64,000 nucleotides of DNA from Candidatus Choladousia sp. (GCA_045119335.1 JBGVDJ010000022.1:30547-94546); one strand, 5' to 3'. Shown: positions 54,337-63,782, numbered from the stretch's first letter. Notes: generated from the letters alone by a model not told the origin. Translations and numbers: made by a program.

Positions 54337-56087
54337 TACAGTTCACCTGCCTTTTCATCAAAATCTCCGCCGCCGCTCGTCTGAGATTCGTATACTTCGC
54401 GGTAAATCTCGTTGGAGGCCAGCAGCTCTTCATGTGTACCGAAACCATTGATCTGTCCGTTCTCCATGACAATGATGCGGTCAGCATCCTGTACGCTGGA
54501 GATACGCTGTGCAATGATCAGTTTTGTTGTGTCCGGAATGTCTTCACGGAATGCACGGCGGATGCGCGCATCTGTTGCCGTGTCCACGGCACTTGTACTG
54601 TCATCGAGAATCAGGATCTTCGGTTTCTTCAACAGGGCACGGGCAATACACAGACGCTGTTTCTGTCCGCCGGACACATTTGTTCCGCCCTGTTCGATAC
54701 GTGTTTCATAGCCCTGCGGGAAGGCGCGGATAAAGTCATCAGCGCAGGCAAGCCGGCAGGCTTCCTGACATTCCTCCTCCGTGGCAGCCGGGTTGCCCCA
54801 GCGCAGGTTGTCGTAAATGGTGCCGGAGAACAGAACATTATTCTGCAGTACCACGGATACCTGATTACGCAGAACTTCCATATCATATTCTTTGACATTC
54901 CTTCCACCGACAAAGATCTCGCCGGCCGTCACGTCATACAGACGGCTGATCAGATTTACAAGACTGGTCTTGGCACTTCCCGTGCTGCCGATGATACCGA
55001 TGGTTTCACCGGAATGAATATCGAGACTGATGTTCCGCAGAACCGGTTCACAGCTGTCCTTTTTATAAGAAAAGTCAACATTCCGGAACGAAATGCTTCC
55101 GTTCGTTACTTCCATCACCGGATGCTCCGGATTCTGCAGGTCACTGGTTTCATTCAGGACTTCGCTGATACGTTCCATGCTGGCCATGCTCATGGAGATC
55201 ATAACAAAGACCATGGACAGCATCATCAGGCTCATCAGAATATTCATACAGTAAGTCAGCAGACTCATCAGCTCGCCTGTGGTCAGCGTGGAGCTGACGA
55301 TCATTTTGGCACCGATCCAGCTGATCAGAAGAATACAGGTGTACACAGTGAACTGCATCAGTGGCTGGTTGACGATGACATTGCATTCTGCCCTGACGAA
55401 AATGCGGTAGATATTCTCATTGGCTTTTTTGAATTTGTCAGTTTCCTCGTGTTCACGCACGTATGCCTTGACTACACGGACAGCGGAGACATTCTCCTGA
55501 ATGGAGGCATTCAGCGCATCGTATTTCGGGAATGCCATACGGAAATACTGTGTGGCATGGCGAATCAGGAAAAACAGGATCACACCGAGAAACAGTACGG
55601 CAACCAGATAAATGCTGGCAAGCCGCGCATTGATCATGAATGCCATGATCAGTGCACAGATCATGCTGGCGGGAGCACGCATGGCCATACGCAGCATCAT
55701 CTGGTATGCATTCTGAACGTTGGTGACATCTGTAGTCAGACGGGTGACCAGTCCGGCTGTGCTGAACTTGTCAATATTTGCAAAAGAGAAGGTCTGGATC
55801 TGGCGAAACATGGATCTGCGAAGATTTCTTGCGAGACCGGTGGAAGCTTTGGCACCGAAGCGGCCGCCGCACAGGCCGGCGATCAGGCCGATAACTGCCA
55901 CCACGATCATCAGACCTCCGGTACGGTAGATATGTCCGAGATTACCTGCATTGACTCCGTTATCAATAATGGATGCCATCAGAAACGGAATCATTGTCTC
56001 CATCAGAACCTCCAGCAGCATAAAGCACGGAGTGATGAGAGAGGCGCGTTTGTATTCCCGGACTTCTTTCAGAATTGTCCGAATCAT
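54336..56087 (-). CDS. Heterodimeric ABC exporter, subunit A (degenerate site)
   Basis: TMD + GSTGSAKT, VSGGQKQ, LDDSTS, IAQR; stop/start overlap with subunit B. Confidence 0.93.
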   Translation of the reverse strand: MIRTILKEVREYKRASLITPCFMLLEVLMETMIPFLMASIIDNGVNAGNLGHIYRTGGLMIVVAVIGLIAGLCGGRFGAKASTGLARNLRRSMFRQIQTFSFANIDKFSTAGLVTRLTTDVTNVQNAYQMMLRMAMRAPASMICALIMAFMINARLASIYLVAVLFLGVILFFLIRHATQYFRMAFPKYDALNASIQENVSAVRVVKAYVREHEETDKFKKANENIYRIFVRAECNVIVNQPLMQFTVYTCILLISWIGAKMIVSSTLTTGELMSLLTYCMNILMSLMMLSMVFVMISMSMASMERISEVLNETSDLQNPEHPVMEVTNGSISFRNVDFSYKKDSCEPVLRNISLDIHSGETIGIIGSTGSAKTSLVNLISRLYDVTAGEIFVGGRNVKEYDMEVLRNQVSVVLQNNVLFSGTIYDNLRWGNPAATEEECQEACRLACADDFIRAFPQGYETRIEQGGTNVSGGQKQRLCIARALLKKPKILILDDSTSAVDTATDARIRRAFREDIPDTTKLIIAQRISSVQDADRIIVMENGQINGFGTHEELLASNEIYREVYESQTSGGGDFDEKAGEL

Positions 56088-56248
56088 GAAAATTTCCTCC
56101 TGTATAATATGTATCTGGGATAATCATAGGATAATAAAAAATTTGAGTCAAGTGAAAAAATGTGATTAAATTGTGTCCAAAAGATACTTTCTGTTTGACA
56201 TACAAAGAGATGTGTGCTATTATAATTTATCGTAGCGATAACATTTCT

Positions 56249-56321
56249 GCTGATGTGGCACAGTCGGTAGCGCACCTCATTGGTAGTGAGGAGGTCACGG
56301 GTTCGATTCCCGTCATCAGCT
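56249..56321 (+). tRNA. tRNA-Thr (GGT)
   Basis: GCTGATG/CATCAGC acceptor, CCTCA-TTGGTAG-TGAGG arm, GGTTCGATTCC; terminator AAGGAGTTCTGA...TCAGAACTCCTTTTTT follows. Confidence 0.94.
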
Positions 56322-56519
56322 GAGCAGAAGGAGTTCTGATTTTCAGAACTCCTTTTTTATATCACAGGATACCAGGATCGCGGATGTTCGAAGCCACACT
56401 TCGGTACATACATAGAATAGAAGCGACGGCTTGAGTAAATCAGGCAGATTATGTATAATGTGGACAGCAGAAGCGGAGAAGGCTTTTTCAAGATACTGGC
56501 CGGGTAAGGGGTTTATAGA

Positions 56520-57164
56520 ATGGAATATTCAGATATTATTATACTTATTATGGAGATGGTCGGAACAGTGGCCTTTGCGGCATCCGGTGCACTGACCGGA
56601 ATACAGCGCCGCATGGATCTGTTCGGTGTGAATGTGCTGGGTGTAACGACTGCGGTGGGAGGCGGCCTGGTTCGTGATCTGATTCTGGGGCAGAATCCGC
56701 CTGCAATGTTCCGGGATTCCAAGTATGCGCTGACGGCAGTGGCTGCTTCGACGATCCTGTTTTTTGTTATTTATTTCCGGCAGAAGAGCATACCGGAAAA
56801 ATATCCGCGCAGATTTGACCGGCTGCTGCTGATCGGAGATACAATCGGACTTGGCATCTTTACGGTAATGGGCAGCTATGCGGCTATTCTGGCCGGCTAT
56901 GGCGGCAACCGGTTCCTGATCGTATTTGTCGGTGTGATGACGGGAGTCGGCGGCGGCATGATGCGTGATATTATGGCGGGAAATATGCCGTATATTCTAG
57001 TAAAGCATGTTTACGCGGTAGCATCACTGGCAGGCGCACTCGTGTTTGTCCTCTGTCTCCCGTATTTTGGAAGGCTTGGGTGTATGGTAGCCGGAGCGGC
57101 GGTGGTGATTGCAATCCGTTTTCTGGCTGCACATTTCAGGTGGAATCTGCCGAAGATACATTAA
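56520..57164 (+). CDS. TRIC/YadS-family membrane protein
   Basis: GTVAFAASGA, TAVGGGLVRD, DTIGLGIF, TGVGGGMMRD duplicated motifs. Confidence 0.9.
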   Translation: MEYSDIIILIMEMVGTVAFAASGALTGIQRRMDLFGVNVLGVTTAVGGGLVRDLILGQNPPAMFRDSKYALTAVAASTILFFVIYFRQKSIPEKYPRRFDRLLLIGDTIGLGIFTVMGSYAAILAGYGGNRFLIVFVGVMTGVGGGMMRDIMAGNMPYILVKHVYAVASLAGALVFVLCLPYFGRLGCMVAGAAVVIAIRFLAAHFRWNLPKIH

Positions 57165-57224
57165 AATATTGATGAGGCGTGCAGGCAGAGATATAAGCAG
57201 GAGAGATAAATCAGAAAGAAGAAA

Positions 57225-57290
57225 AGAAGCGAAAACAGAAGCAAAAGAAGAAACAAAAGAAGCAACAAAAGAAGCAACAAAAGAAGAAGG
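57225..57290 (+). repeat. A-rich 12-bp degenerate repeat (AAAAGAAGCAAC) before a terminator
   Basis: AAAAGAAG units repeated; AAAAGGGACTGC...GCAGTCCCTTTT hairpin at about 57297-57340. Confidence 0.7.
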
Positions 57291-57403
57291 GCGGAACAAA
57301 AGGGACTGCGGCAATGTGTGATTTGCTGCAGTCCCTTTTCGTACCTGTCTGCGATATTATGGCTGATAAATTCCAATTGAATGCAATCGGATACATGTCT
57401 GTA

Positions 57404-57952
57404 TTACTGTTCCATCTGACGGCCCATGAATCCGGCGGCGCATTTTGCCAGAACCTGCTCTGTTTCACCCATTTTCCGGTTCGTATCCTTGCTGCGCAGG
57501 ATAACGGAGCCGATGACATCCCCTTCACAGAGGATCGGACTGATGACCTGAGGAAGACTTTCCTCCATATCTTCGCTGGTGATCTTGATATGCTTGCGGG
57601 ACTGCTGGTCGGTGAGAATGTGCTCCCGGTCATTCATGACCGCTTCCAGCTGCCCTGTGACCGGTGATCCGACGGTCTCCTTGCGGATGCCGCCTGCTGC
57701 TGCAATGACCTGATCGCGGTCTGTGATGCAGACACTGTGTCCGGATGCAGAGGCCAGAGCTTCCGCGTATTCTTTGGCAAAGCTGCCCAGTTCGCCGATG
57801 GGAGAGTATTTTTTGAGGATGATCTCACCTTCCCGGTCGGTAAAGATCTCCAGTGGATCACTTTCGCGGATGCGCAGGGTTCTTCTTATTTCTTTCGGGA
57901 TAACGACGCGTCCCAGATCGTCTATACGACGTACGATTCCTGTTGCTTTCAT
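57404..57952 (-). CDS. spoVT: Stage V sporulation protein T
   Basis: MKATGIVRRIDDLGRVVIPKEIRRTLRIRESDPLEIF AbrB domain + GAF-like C-terminus. Confidence 0.96.
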   Translation of the reverse strand: MKATGIVRRIDDLGRVVIPKEIRRTLRIRESDPLEIFTDREGEIILKKYSPIGELGSFAKEYAEALASASGHSVCITDRDQVIAAAGGIRKETVGSPVTGQLEAVMNDREHILTDQQSRKHIKITSEDMEESLPQVISPILCEGDVIGSVILRSKDTNRKMGETEQVLAKCAAGFMGRQMEQ

Positions 57953-58239
57953 ATTATCTTCTCCTTATCCATGGTTTTTATCACTAGCAATCTACTCTTA
58001 AAATGTGCAAAAAAACTTGATTTTATGCGGGATTTCGCGATTTTGTGACTATGACGGAAAATCCTTGTAAATACCGGGTTCTTTTGTTTTTACGTTACCA
58101 CCCGGCCAGCCTTTTTCTGATGAGAGAAAAAACAGGGATTCTGGCCGGGTAGTAATTTTCTTTTAATAGTATTGCTCATTTTTTTGAATTTATGAGCTAA
58201 TTTACCAGCTTTCATAAATAGAAAAGATATATAAATATC

Positions 58240-59064
58240 CTATGCCTGAAGTGGTCCATAGAAATAGGACGCTGTTGCACCGCCATCACACAGAAAAGTT
58301 GACCCCGTGATAAAGGCACCTTTTTCGCTCATCAGAAGTTCTGCCACATTGGCTACTTCATCGGCGGTTCCCGGTCGGCCGGCCGGACATTTTGAAAACA
58401 TGTTTTTATAGAAATCTCCACGGGGACCATTAAATTCATCAATGGCAAGCGGGGTTACAATAATGCCCGGCGCTAGGGCATTGATCCTGGCACCGCGCTT
58501 TCCCCATTCCACACTCTGTGCCATGGCACGCTTCTCATTGCAGCGTTTTGCGATCTGATATGCATGAAGCGTATCTTTAATATTTTCAGGTTTTAACAGC
58601 GGGAGTGCCAGCAATTCTTCTGTCGGTGTCATTGCCAGAAGCGCATCTTCTTCGGCAGTCAGCTGCGGCATCCTCCAACCTGACTGACTGGAAATCGTAA
58701 CACCGACACCACCGCGTTCGATTACTTTTCCTGCTTCTTCAAGCATAACAGCAGTCCCATAAAGATCGACTTTTAGTATTTCCTCAATGGATGCCTGACT
58801 TGGTGAAACACCGGCTGCATTGATCATCATCGTGATGCGGCCATACTTTTGTCCTTCTGCAATCAGCCTCCGGATAGATTCTCTGCTGGAAAGATCCATT
58901 TCCACAGGAACGACATCATACCCTGCATCATTCATGATCCTGGCAATCGCTTTTGCATTTTCCATCTTTTTGTCACCGACAACGATTTTCTTCCCATATC
59001 CGATACGACGGGCAATCGCCATGCCGATCTGTCCGGCTCCAGCCCATAACACTACACTGTTCAT
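58240..59064 (-). CDS. SDR-family oxidoreductase
   Basis: GAGQIG, INAAGVSPSQ, YQIAK (YxxxK), PGIIVTP, FITGSTFLCDGG. Confidence 0.9.
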   Translation of the reverse strand: MNSVVLWAGAGQIGMAIARRIGYGKKIVVGDKKMENAKAIARIMNDAGYDVVPVEMDLSSRESIRRLIAEGQKYGRITMMINAAGVSPSQASIEEILKVDLYGTAVMLEEAGKVIERGGVGVTISSQSGWRMPQLTAEEDALLAMTPTEELLALPLLKPENIKDTLHAYQIAKRCNEKRAMAQSVEWGKRGARINALAPGIIVTPLAIDEFNGPRGDFYKNMFSKCPAGRPGTADEVANVAELLMSEKGAFITGSTFLCDGGATASYFYGPLQA

Positions 59065-59077
59065 ATTTGTTTCTCCT

Positions 59078-59518
59078 TTACAACAGTTTTTCATATTCTT
59101 CCTGACTGACCGGTTCACACCATTCATTTTTACAGTCATCTCCCGGAACTTCTACTGCAATATGACTGAACCAGCTGTCCTTTTTAGCTCCATGCCAATG
59201 CTTGACATTTGCAGGAATTGTGACAACTGTGCCTGGAATGAGACTGACTGCTTCCCTGCCTTCCTCCTGATACCAGCCTTCTCCCGCAGTACAAATGAGA
59301 ATCTGTCCGCCACCTCTTTTTGCGTGATGGATATGCCAGTTATTCCGGCATCCCGGTTCAAAAGTAACATTTGCAAGAAACTCTGTTTCTGCAGGATCTG
59401 TCAGTGGATTCAGAAAGGATGCACCGGAAAAATACTGTGCAAAATTTGTGTTCTCAGAACCTGTTCCGAATACATTCACCTGCTCAAAATCTGCTTTGTT
59501 CAAAATCTTCATTTTCAT
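59078..59518 (-). CDS. Cupin-domain protein
   Basis: NVTFEPGCRNNWHIHH, GGQILICTAGEGWYQ, KHWHGA, FSHIA. Confidence 0.9.
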   Translation of the reverse strand: MKMKILNKADFEQVNVFGTGSENTNFAQYFSGASFLNPLTDPAETEFLANVTFEPGCRNNWHIHHAKRGGGQILICTAGEGWYQEEGREAVSLIPGTVVTIPANVKHWHGAKKDSWFSHIAVEVPGDDCKNEWCEPVSQEEYEKLL

Positions 59519-59643
59519 TTTCCTTTCCTCAGGAAGTGCTTTCATTTTCTGCGTTGTGTGTCACTTTTCACCTTCCGCCTGTATTCACGAGCAACTTCTT
59601 GACCTTGCCGGTTTGCTTTGATATATTAACTTCATTCAATAAG

Positions 59644-59664
59644 TTGAAGTATACTTACAGTCAA
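59644..59664. promoter_or_regulatory. MerR-type dyad operator in divergent promoter
   Basis: AAGTATACTT palindrome (59647-59656) next to a minus-strand TTGACT -35 (59659-59664). Confidence 0.6.
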
Positions 59665-59693
59665 CCGATTATTTTTGGTGGAGGAGATTTTTT

Positions 59694-60152
59694 ATGGTGT
59701 ATACAGTTGGAGAAATGGCAAAACTGCTGAATATTGCGCCATCTGCGCTGCGTTTTTATGACCGTGAAGGTTTATTGCCTTTCGTTCAGCGTTCGGAAAA
59801 TGGTGTTCGGGTTTTTAACGATAAGGATTTTCGATGGTTAAAACTCATTACCTGCTTAAAAAGTGCCGGCATGTCCTTAAAGGAGATCCGTCATTATATA
59901 GAGCTGGCAATGGAGGGCGACGATACTGTGGATGACAGACTTCAGATGTTTGCTGAACAGCGGGAAAAACTCATGGCACAGATGAAAGAGCTGCAGCAAA
60001 CCCTGGATATTGTAGAGTATAAGTGCTGGTATTATCAAACAGCAAAAGAAACCGGTTCAGAGGAGATCCCTCAAAATATGACAGACGAAGAAATACCCGA
60101 ACATTTCCGCTCTGTCCGGGAGTTTTTGAGAGGCAGCCTGTCTGTAAAATGA
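59694..60152 (+). CDS. MerR-family regulator (AdhR-like)
   Basis: YTVGEMAKLLNIAPSALRFYDREGLLP, CLKSAGMSLKEI, YKCWYY. Confidence 0.92.
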   Translation: MVYTVGEMAKLLNIAPSALRFYDREGLLPFVQRSENGVRVFNDKDFRWLKLITCLKSAGMSLKEIRHYIELAMEGDDTVDDRLQMFAEQREKLMAQMKELQQTLDIVEYKCWYYQTAKETGSEEIPQNMTDEEIPEHFRSVREFLRGSLSVK

Positions 60153-60255
60153 AGAAATTGATGCATGTAAAGCACGAAATGGGATAATAAAATGGCAGCG
60201 CCGAAAATGATAAAATCGGCACTGCCTGATAGGAAACAGTCACAAACAGCTGCAG

Positions 60256-61722
60256 CTACAGAGAAAGTGCTGCACGTCCCATCTGTTCCAGCAGTTCGCT
60301 TTTGATCCGGAACAGTTTGTCAGACAGATCCACATATACTTCATGTGGATTTGCGAGACGTCTTGTTTCTTCCCACAGAGTATTTTTTTCTTTTGTACAG
60401 TAATCACGGATCTCCATTACGGATGGAGATGTATAGACGCATTCGCCTTTTTTGAATACAGGAACAAGAAGCTCACGGAGAGTATAGGTGCCGCCTTTGA
60501 TCTTCGTCTTTTTCCAGGTTTCGATCGGGTCGAAGATGATCATGTCCTCGGATTCGTCAAAAGTCTCATCGTCCAGACAGATCAGGTCTGCGCGGATCTT
60601 GCCGGTTGCTTTGTCATAGATGCGCAGAATCTTTTTGTTGCCCGGATTGGTGATCTTCTCCGTATTTTCGGAAAGTTTGATCTTCGGAACGAACTCACCG
60701 GTCTCTTCATTATATACGGCAGCCAGTTTATAGACACCGCCGAATGCCGGGTTGTCCTTGGAAGTGATCATATTGGTGCCGACACCCCAGGAAGTGATTG
60801 CAGAACCCTGGGTCTTCAGACTGTCGATCAGATATTCATCCAGATCGCTGGAAGCGGAGATGACAGCATCGGTAAAGCCGGCTGCATCCAGCATCTGACG
60901 CGCCCTCTTGGACATATAGGCCAGGTCGCCGCTGTCGAGTCGGATACCGTAATTCTTCAGCTCCATGCCGGATTCGCGCATCTCGCGGAATACGCGGATG
61001 GCATTGGGAACACCGGAACGCAGAGTATCATATGTGTCAACAAGCAGCGTACAGGCATCCGGGTACATCTCAGAGTATTTCTTGAAAGCAGTATATTCGT
61101 CCGGGAAGCTCATGATCCAGCTGTGCGCATGAGTGCCCTTCACCGGAACATCGAAAAGCTGACCGGCCAGAACATTGGAGGTTCCGATGCAGCCGGCGAT
61201 CATGGCAGCTCGGGCACCGTATACTCCGGCATCCGGTCCCTGTGCACGGCGAAGACCGAACTCCATGATACCGTCACCACGTGCAGCATGTACAACACGG
61301 GCAGCTTTGGTCGCGATCAGACTCTGATGATTCAGAATAGTCAGGACAGCGGTCTCCACCAGCTGTGCCTGCATGATCGGTGCAATAACTTTCAGCATCG
61401 GTTCACGCGGAAACATGACAGAGCCTTCCGGAATCGCATAGATATCTCCCTCAAATCGGAAGTTTCTCAGATATTCCAGGAAGTCATCCCGAAAAATTCC
61501 AAGACCTTTCAGATAAGCAATATCATCTTCGGAAAAGTGGAGGTTTTTAATATAATCAATGACCTGATCCAGTCCGGCAGCGATCGCATAGCCGTTGCCG
61601 CATGGATTGTTGCGGTAAAACGCATCGAAAATAACTACTTCGGAGGAATTGTTCTTGAAATAGCCCTGCATCATGGTCAGCTGATACAGGTCAGTCAACA
61701 GTGTAAGGTTCAATGTACTCAT
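60256..61722 (-). CDS. pncB: Nicotinate phosphoribosyltransferase
   Basis: LLTDLYQLTM, EFGLRRAQG, GTHAHSW, LVDTYD, IRLDSGD, WGVGT. Confidence 0.96.
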   Translation of the reverse strand: MSTLNLTLLTDLYQLTMMQGYFKNNSSEVVIFDAFYRNNPCGNGYAIAAGLDQVIDYIKNLHFSEDDIAYLKGLGIFRDDFLEYLRNFRFEGDIYAIPEGSVMFPREPMLKVIAPIMQAQLVETAVLTILNHQSLIATKAARVVHAARGDGIMEFGLRRAQGPDAGVYGARAAMIAGCIGTSNVLAGQLFDVPVKGTHAHSWIMSFPDEYTAFKKYSEMYPDACTLLVDTYDTLRSGVPNAIRVFREMRESGMELKNYGIRLDSGDLAYMSKRARQMLDAAGFTDAVISASSDLDEYLIDSLKTQGSAITSWGVGTNMITSKDNPAFGGVYKLAAVYNEETGEFVPKIKLSENTEKITNPGNKKILRIYDKATGKIRADLICLDDETFDESEDMIIFDPIETWKKTKIKGGTYTLRELLVPVFKKGECVYTSPSVMEIRDYCTKEKNTLWEETRRLANPHEVYVDLSDKLFRIKSELLEQMGRAALSL

Positions 61723-61934
61723 TGTGACACTCCTTTTCTGAAACTGAAAGCGCAAAACGGCAGATCGCCTGTTTCGTGTTCACTGTAGTAATTTTAACCA
61801 TAACTATAACATATTTCACTGGAATTGGCACAAAAAATTGAAAAAACGCAGAAAATAAAAAAAGTGAAAAAAATAGAAAAAAAAGCTTGCATTTTCCAGA
61901 TGCTTGATATAAAATAATCTCTGCGTTGATACGA

Positions 61935-62006
61935 AGGGCTATCGCCAAACGGTAAGGCAACGGACTCTGACTCCGTCATTTCAAGGTTCGAATCCTTGTA
62001 GCCCTG
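61935..62006 (+). tRNA. tRNA-Gln (CTG), copy 1
   Basis: AGGGCTA/TAGCCCT acceptor, ACGGA-CTCTGAC-TCCGT arm, GGTTCGAATCC. Confidence 0.95.
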
Positions 62007-62046
62007 CTCATCAGGATACTTCCTGATTTTTACAATTTCATAATTT

Positions 62047-62118
62047 AGGGATATCGCCAAACGGTAAGGCAACGGACTCTGACTCCGTCATTTCAAGGTT
62101 CGAATCCTTGTATCCCTG
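62047..62118 (+). tRNA. tRNA-Gln (CTG), copy 2
   Basis: AGGGATA/TATCCCT acceptor; otherwise identical to copy 1. Confidence 0.95.
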
Positions 62119-62120
62119 CT

Positions 62121-62150
62121 AAGAGCACTCATGGATGAGTGCTCTTTTTT
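62121..62150 (+). terminator. Terminator after the tRNA-Gln pair
   Basis: AAGAGCACTCA-TGGA-TGAGTGCTCTT-TTTT. Confidence 0.88.
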
Positions 62151-62257
62151 CGTCCCGGAAAGCCCGTAAATACGGTGTTTTTCGGGATTTTGTGATTTGG
62201 GGATGGCAGACAGAAGCGGAGTGAGGAATAAGAGAACAGTAGCAGGTTTGATGGAAA

Positions 62258-62433
62258 ATAGGTCAATTTTATTGAAAGAATAGGTCAATTTCAGATGCTG
62301 AAAATAAGCGGATGATCGCTGGATACTGCTGCAGCATATAAAGGGTACATGAGACAGCTCTTCCCGAAAACTCCCTTTTTCTGTTTCAAAATGCCGTGAA
62401 TTTGAAATGGATAGGTCAATTCATAGGTCAATT
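62258..62433 (+). repeat. Four ATAGGTCAATT direct repeats (candidate arm-type integrase sites)
   Basis: Exact 11-mers at 62258, 62280, 62411, 62423, in two pairs. Confidence 0.8.
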
Positions 62434-62670
62434 TAAAATGGGAAAAACTGGGAAACAGTGGAAAAAGGCTTTCAAAAGCAAAAAAATGATGAAAAAACCA
62501 GACTGTACTTTTAAAAATACAATCTGATGAAAGATTTTTATTATTGAGGGTTAGTTTGATAAAAGGATGTGTAAAATGCCCATACAGGCACCGGATGATT
62601 GCAGGCAGGAATTATATCAAAAGAAAAATAAAAATCAATATATGGGCATTTTACGAGGTCGTTTTTTTGA

Positions 62671-63261
62671 TTACGTTGATGAAATGATTCGGTCAGGTAT
62701 GGAAAGAGGCTGTGATTGGCAAAGAACATGAATAACACCATCGTACGCAAGAGCATGTTCTTTAGCCGCGAATAAATAGAGTGCGTTGTATGTAATGAAT
62801 GGTGAGCTGCATTCAGGCAAGGCATCTTTCAGAATTTCTTTGATATTTTCATAGGAAACGTGAACATCACTGGATGCATTTAAAGAACGTTCTATATCGC
62901 TGATAATTACACAGGAATGCAAATGGTTGTTTGGATCCTGATATACAAGTGACATCAGAAAGAGGTCGTTATTGTAATGAGAGTTAAATGTGTTGGCAAT
63001 CGTATTTACCGAAGAAATTATGGCAGACAAATCTTTGGTGCTGTCATAGTCCAGCGTAAGGCATAGAAAGCTGTGATTGTCAGGATTTTGTATGGTTTGG
63101 CGTTTGGCTTCGATTACAGAATAAGCCTCTTCGAAGGAGTGGATTTCAGGGAAGTCGAGAAAATTGAAGTAATGAAGTTGGGGATTGCGGCATCCATGAA
63201 AAAGTGCTTCTTTGATCTGCTCTGCAGAAACAGAATCAGTTGTTGTTTGATAGAAAATCAT
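62671..63261 (-). CDS. Hypothetical protein with HUH-like motif (divergent relaxase-like fold?)
   Basis: LVYQDPNNHLHSCVIIS resembles relaxase motif III; AGAAAGGAC RBS before MIFYQ. Confidence 0.5.
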   Translation of the reverse strand: MIFYQTTTDSVSAEQIKEALFHGCRNPQLHYFNFLDFPEIHSFEEAYSVIEAKRQTIQNPDNHSFLCLTLDYDSTKDLSAIISSVNTIANTFNSHYNNDLFLMSLVYQDPNNHLHSCVIISDIERSLNASSDVHVSYENIKEILKDALPECSSPFITYNALYLFAAKEHALAYDGVIHVLCQSQPLSIPDRIISST

Positions 63262-63316
63262 AAAGATAACGTCCTTTCTTTTTTGTTGGATAAATTGCAT
63301 AATCGGAACTGACCAG

Positions 63317-63445
63317 TTACATCAGTTCCGATTTTTTTGCAATGTACAGGTCAACGGCCTGCTTGGATACTTTCCATTGGTTCTCAATTTTGAATCCTTT
63401 GATGGTTCCGTCGTTAAGCAGCTGGTATGCAAGATTCCTGCCTAT
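63317..63445 (-). pseudogene. 5'-truncated excisionase-like (HTH_17) remnant
   Basis: Frame not in the ORF track: IGRNLAYQLLNDGTIKGFKIENQWKVSKQAVDLYIAKKSELM*; no start codon, in-frame TAG two codons upstream. Confidence 0.7.
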
Positions 63446-63782
63446 AACCTAAATTCAGTATATATCTACAGCAATCTACGGCATAATCAGCCAGCCTGTT
63501 AAAATCATTATTCAGCCTACGGAAGTCTTCAAGAGTAACTTTAATTGAGAAGTGCATCATACGACTGCCGGGTTTACGCAAAAGTGTATTGTGGATGAAT
63601 TGAAATTCTGCTATGGTCTGCGCTGGGGCTTTATTGTGATTATATCCTGCAGCATCGCCAAAGCATATAAGTTCACAATAGCGATCTTCATTTTCCCTCG
63701 TTCTTGAAATATATTCGATCACCTTTTTAGCTGCATCTTTATTTTTGTATTCTCTGGGATTAAGCTGTGTGATCAGTACCAT
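63414..63782 (-). pseudogene. Truncated relaxase-like ORF (motifs I-II only)
   Basis: KKVIEYISR (Tyr motif I-like), RMMHFSI (motif II-like), ends YILNLG|YRQESCIPAA before any HUH motif. Confidence 0.55.

Noticed and set aside
54432-56123. Long antisense ORFs (also 35380-36783, 52498-53520, 60343-61788, 28190-29146, 23539-24420 and many within purL)
   Set aside because: Shadow frames of well-supported genes, caused by codon bias; no motifs or RBS.
56249-56520. Integration at tRNA-Thr (or tRNA-Val/Met)
   Set aside because: Followed by a terminator and host-like genes; no duplicated 3' end or mobility genes.
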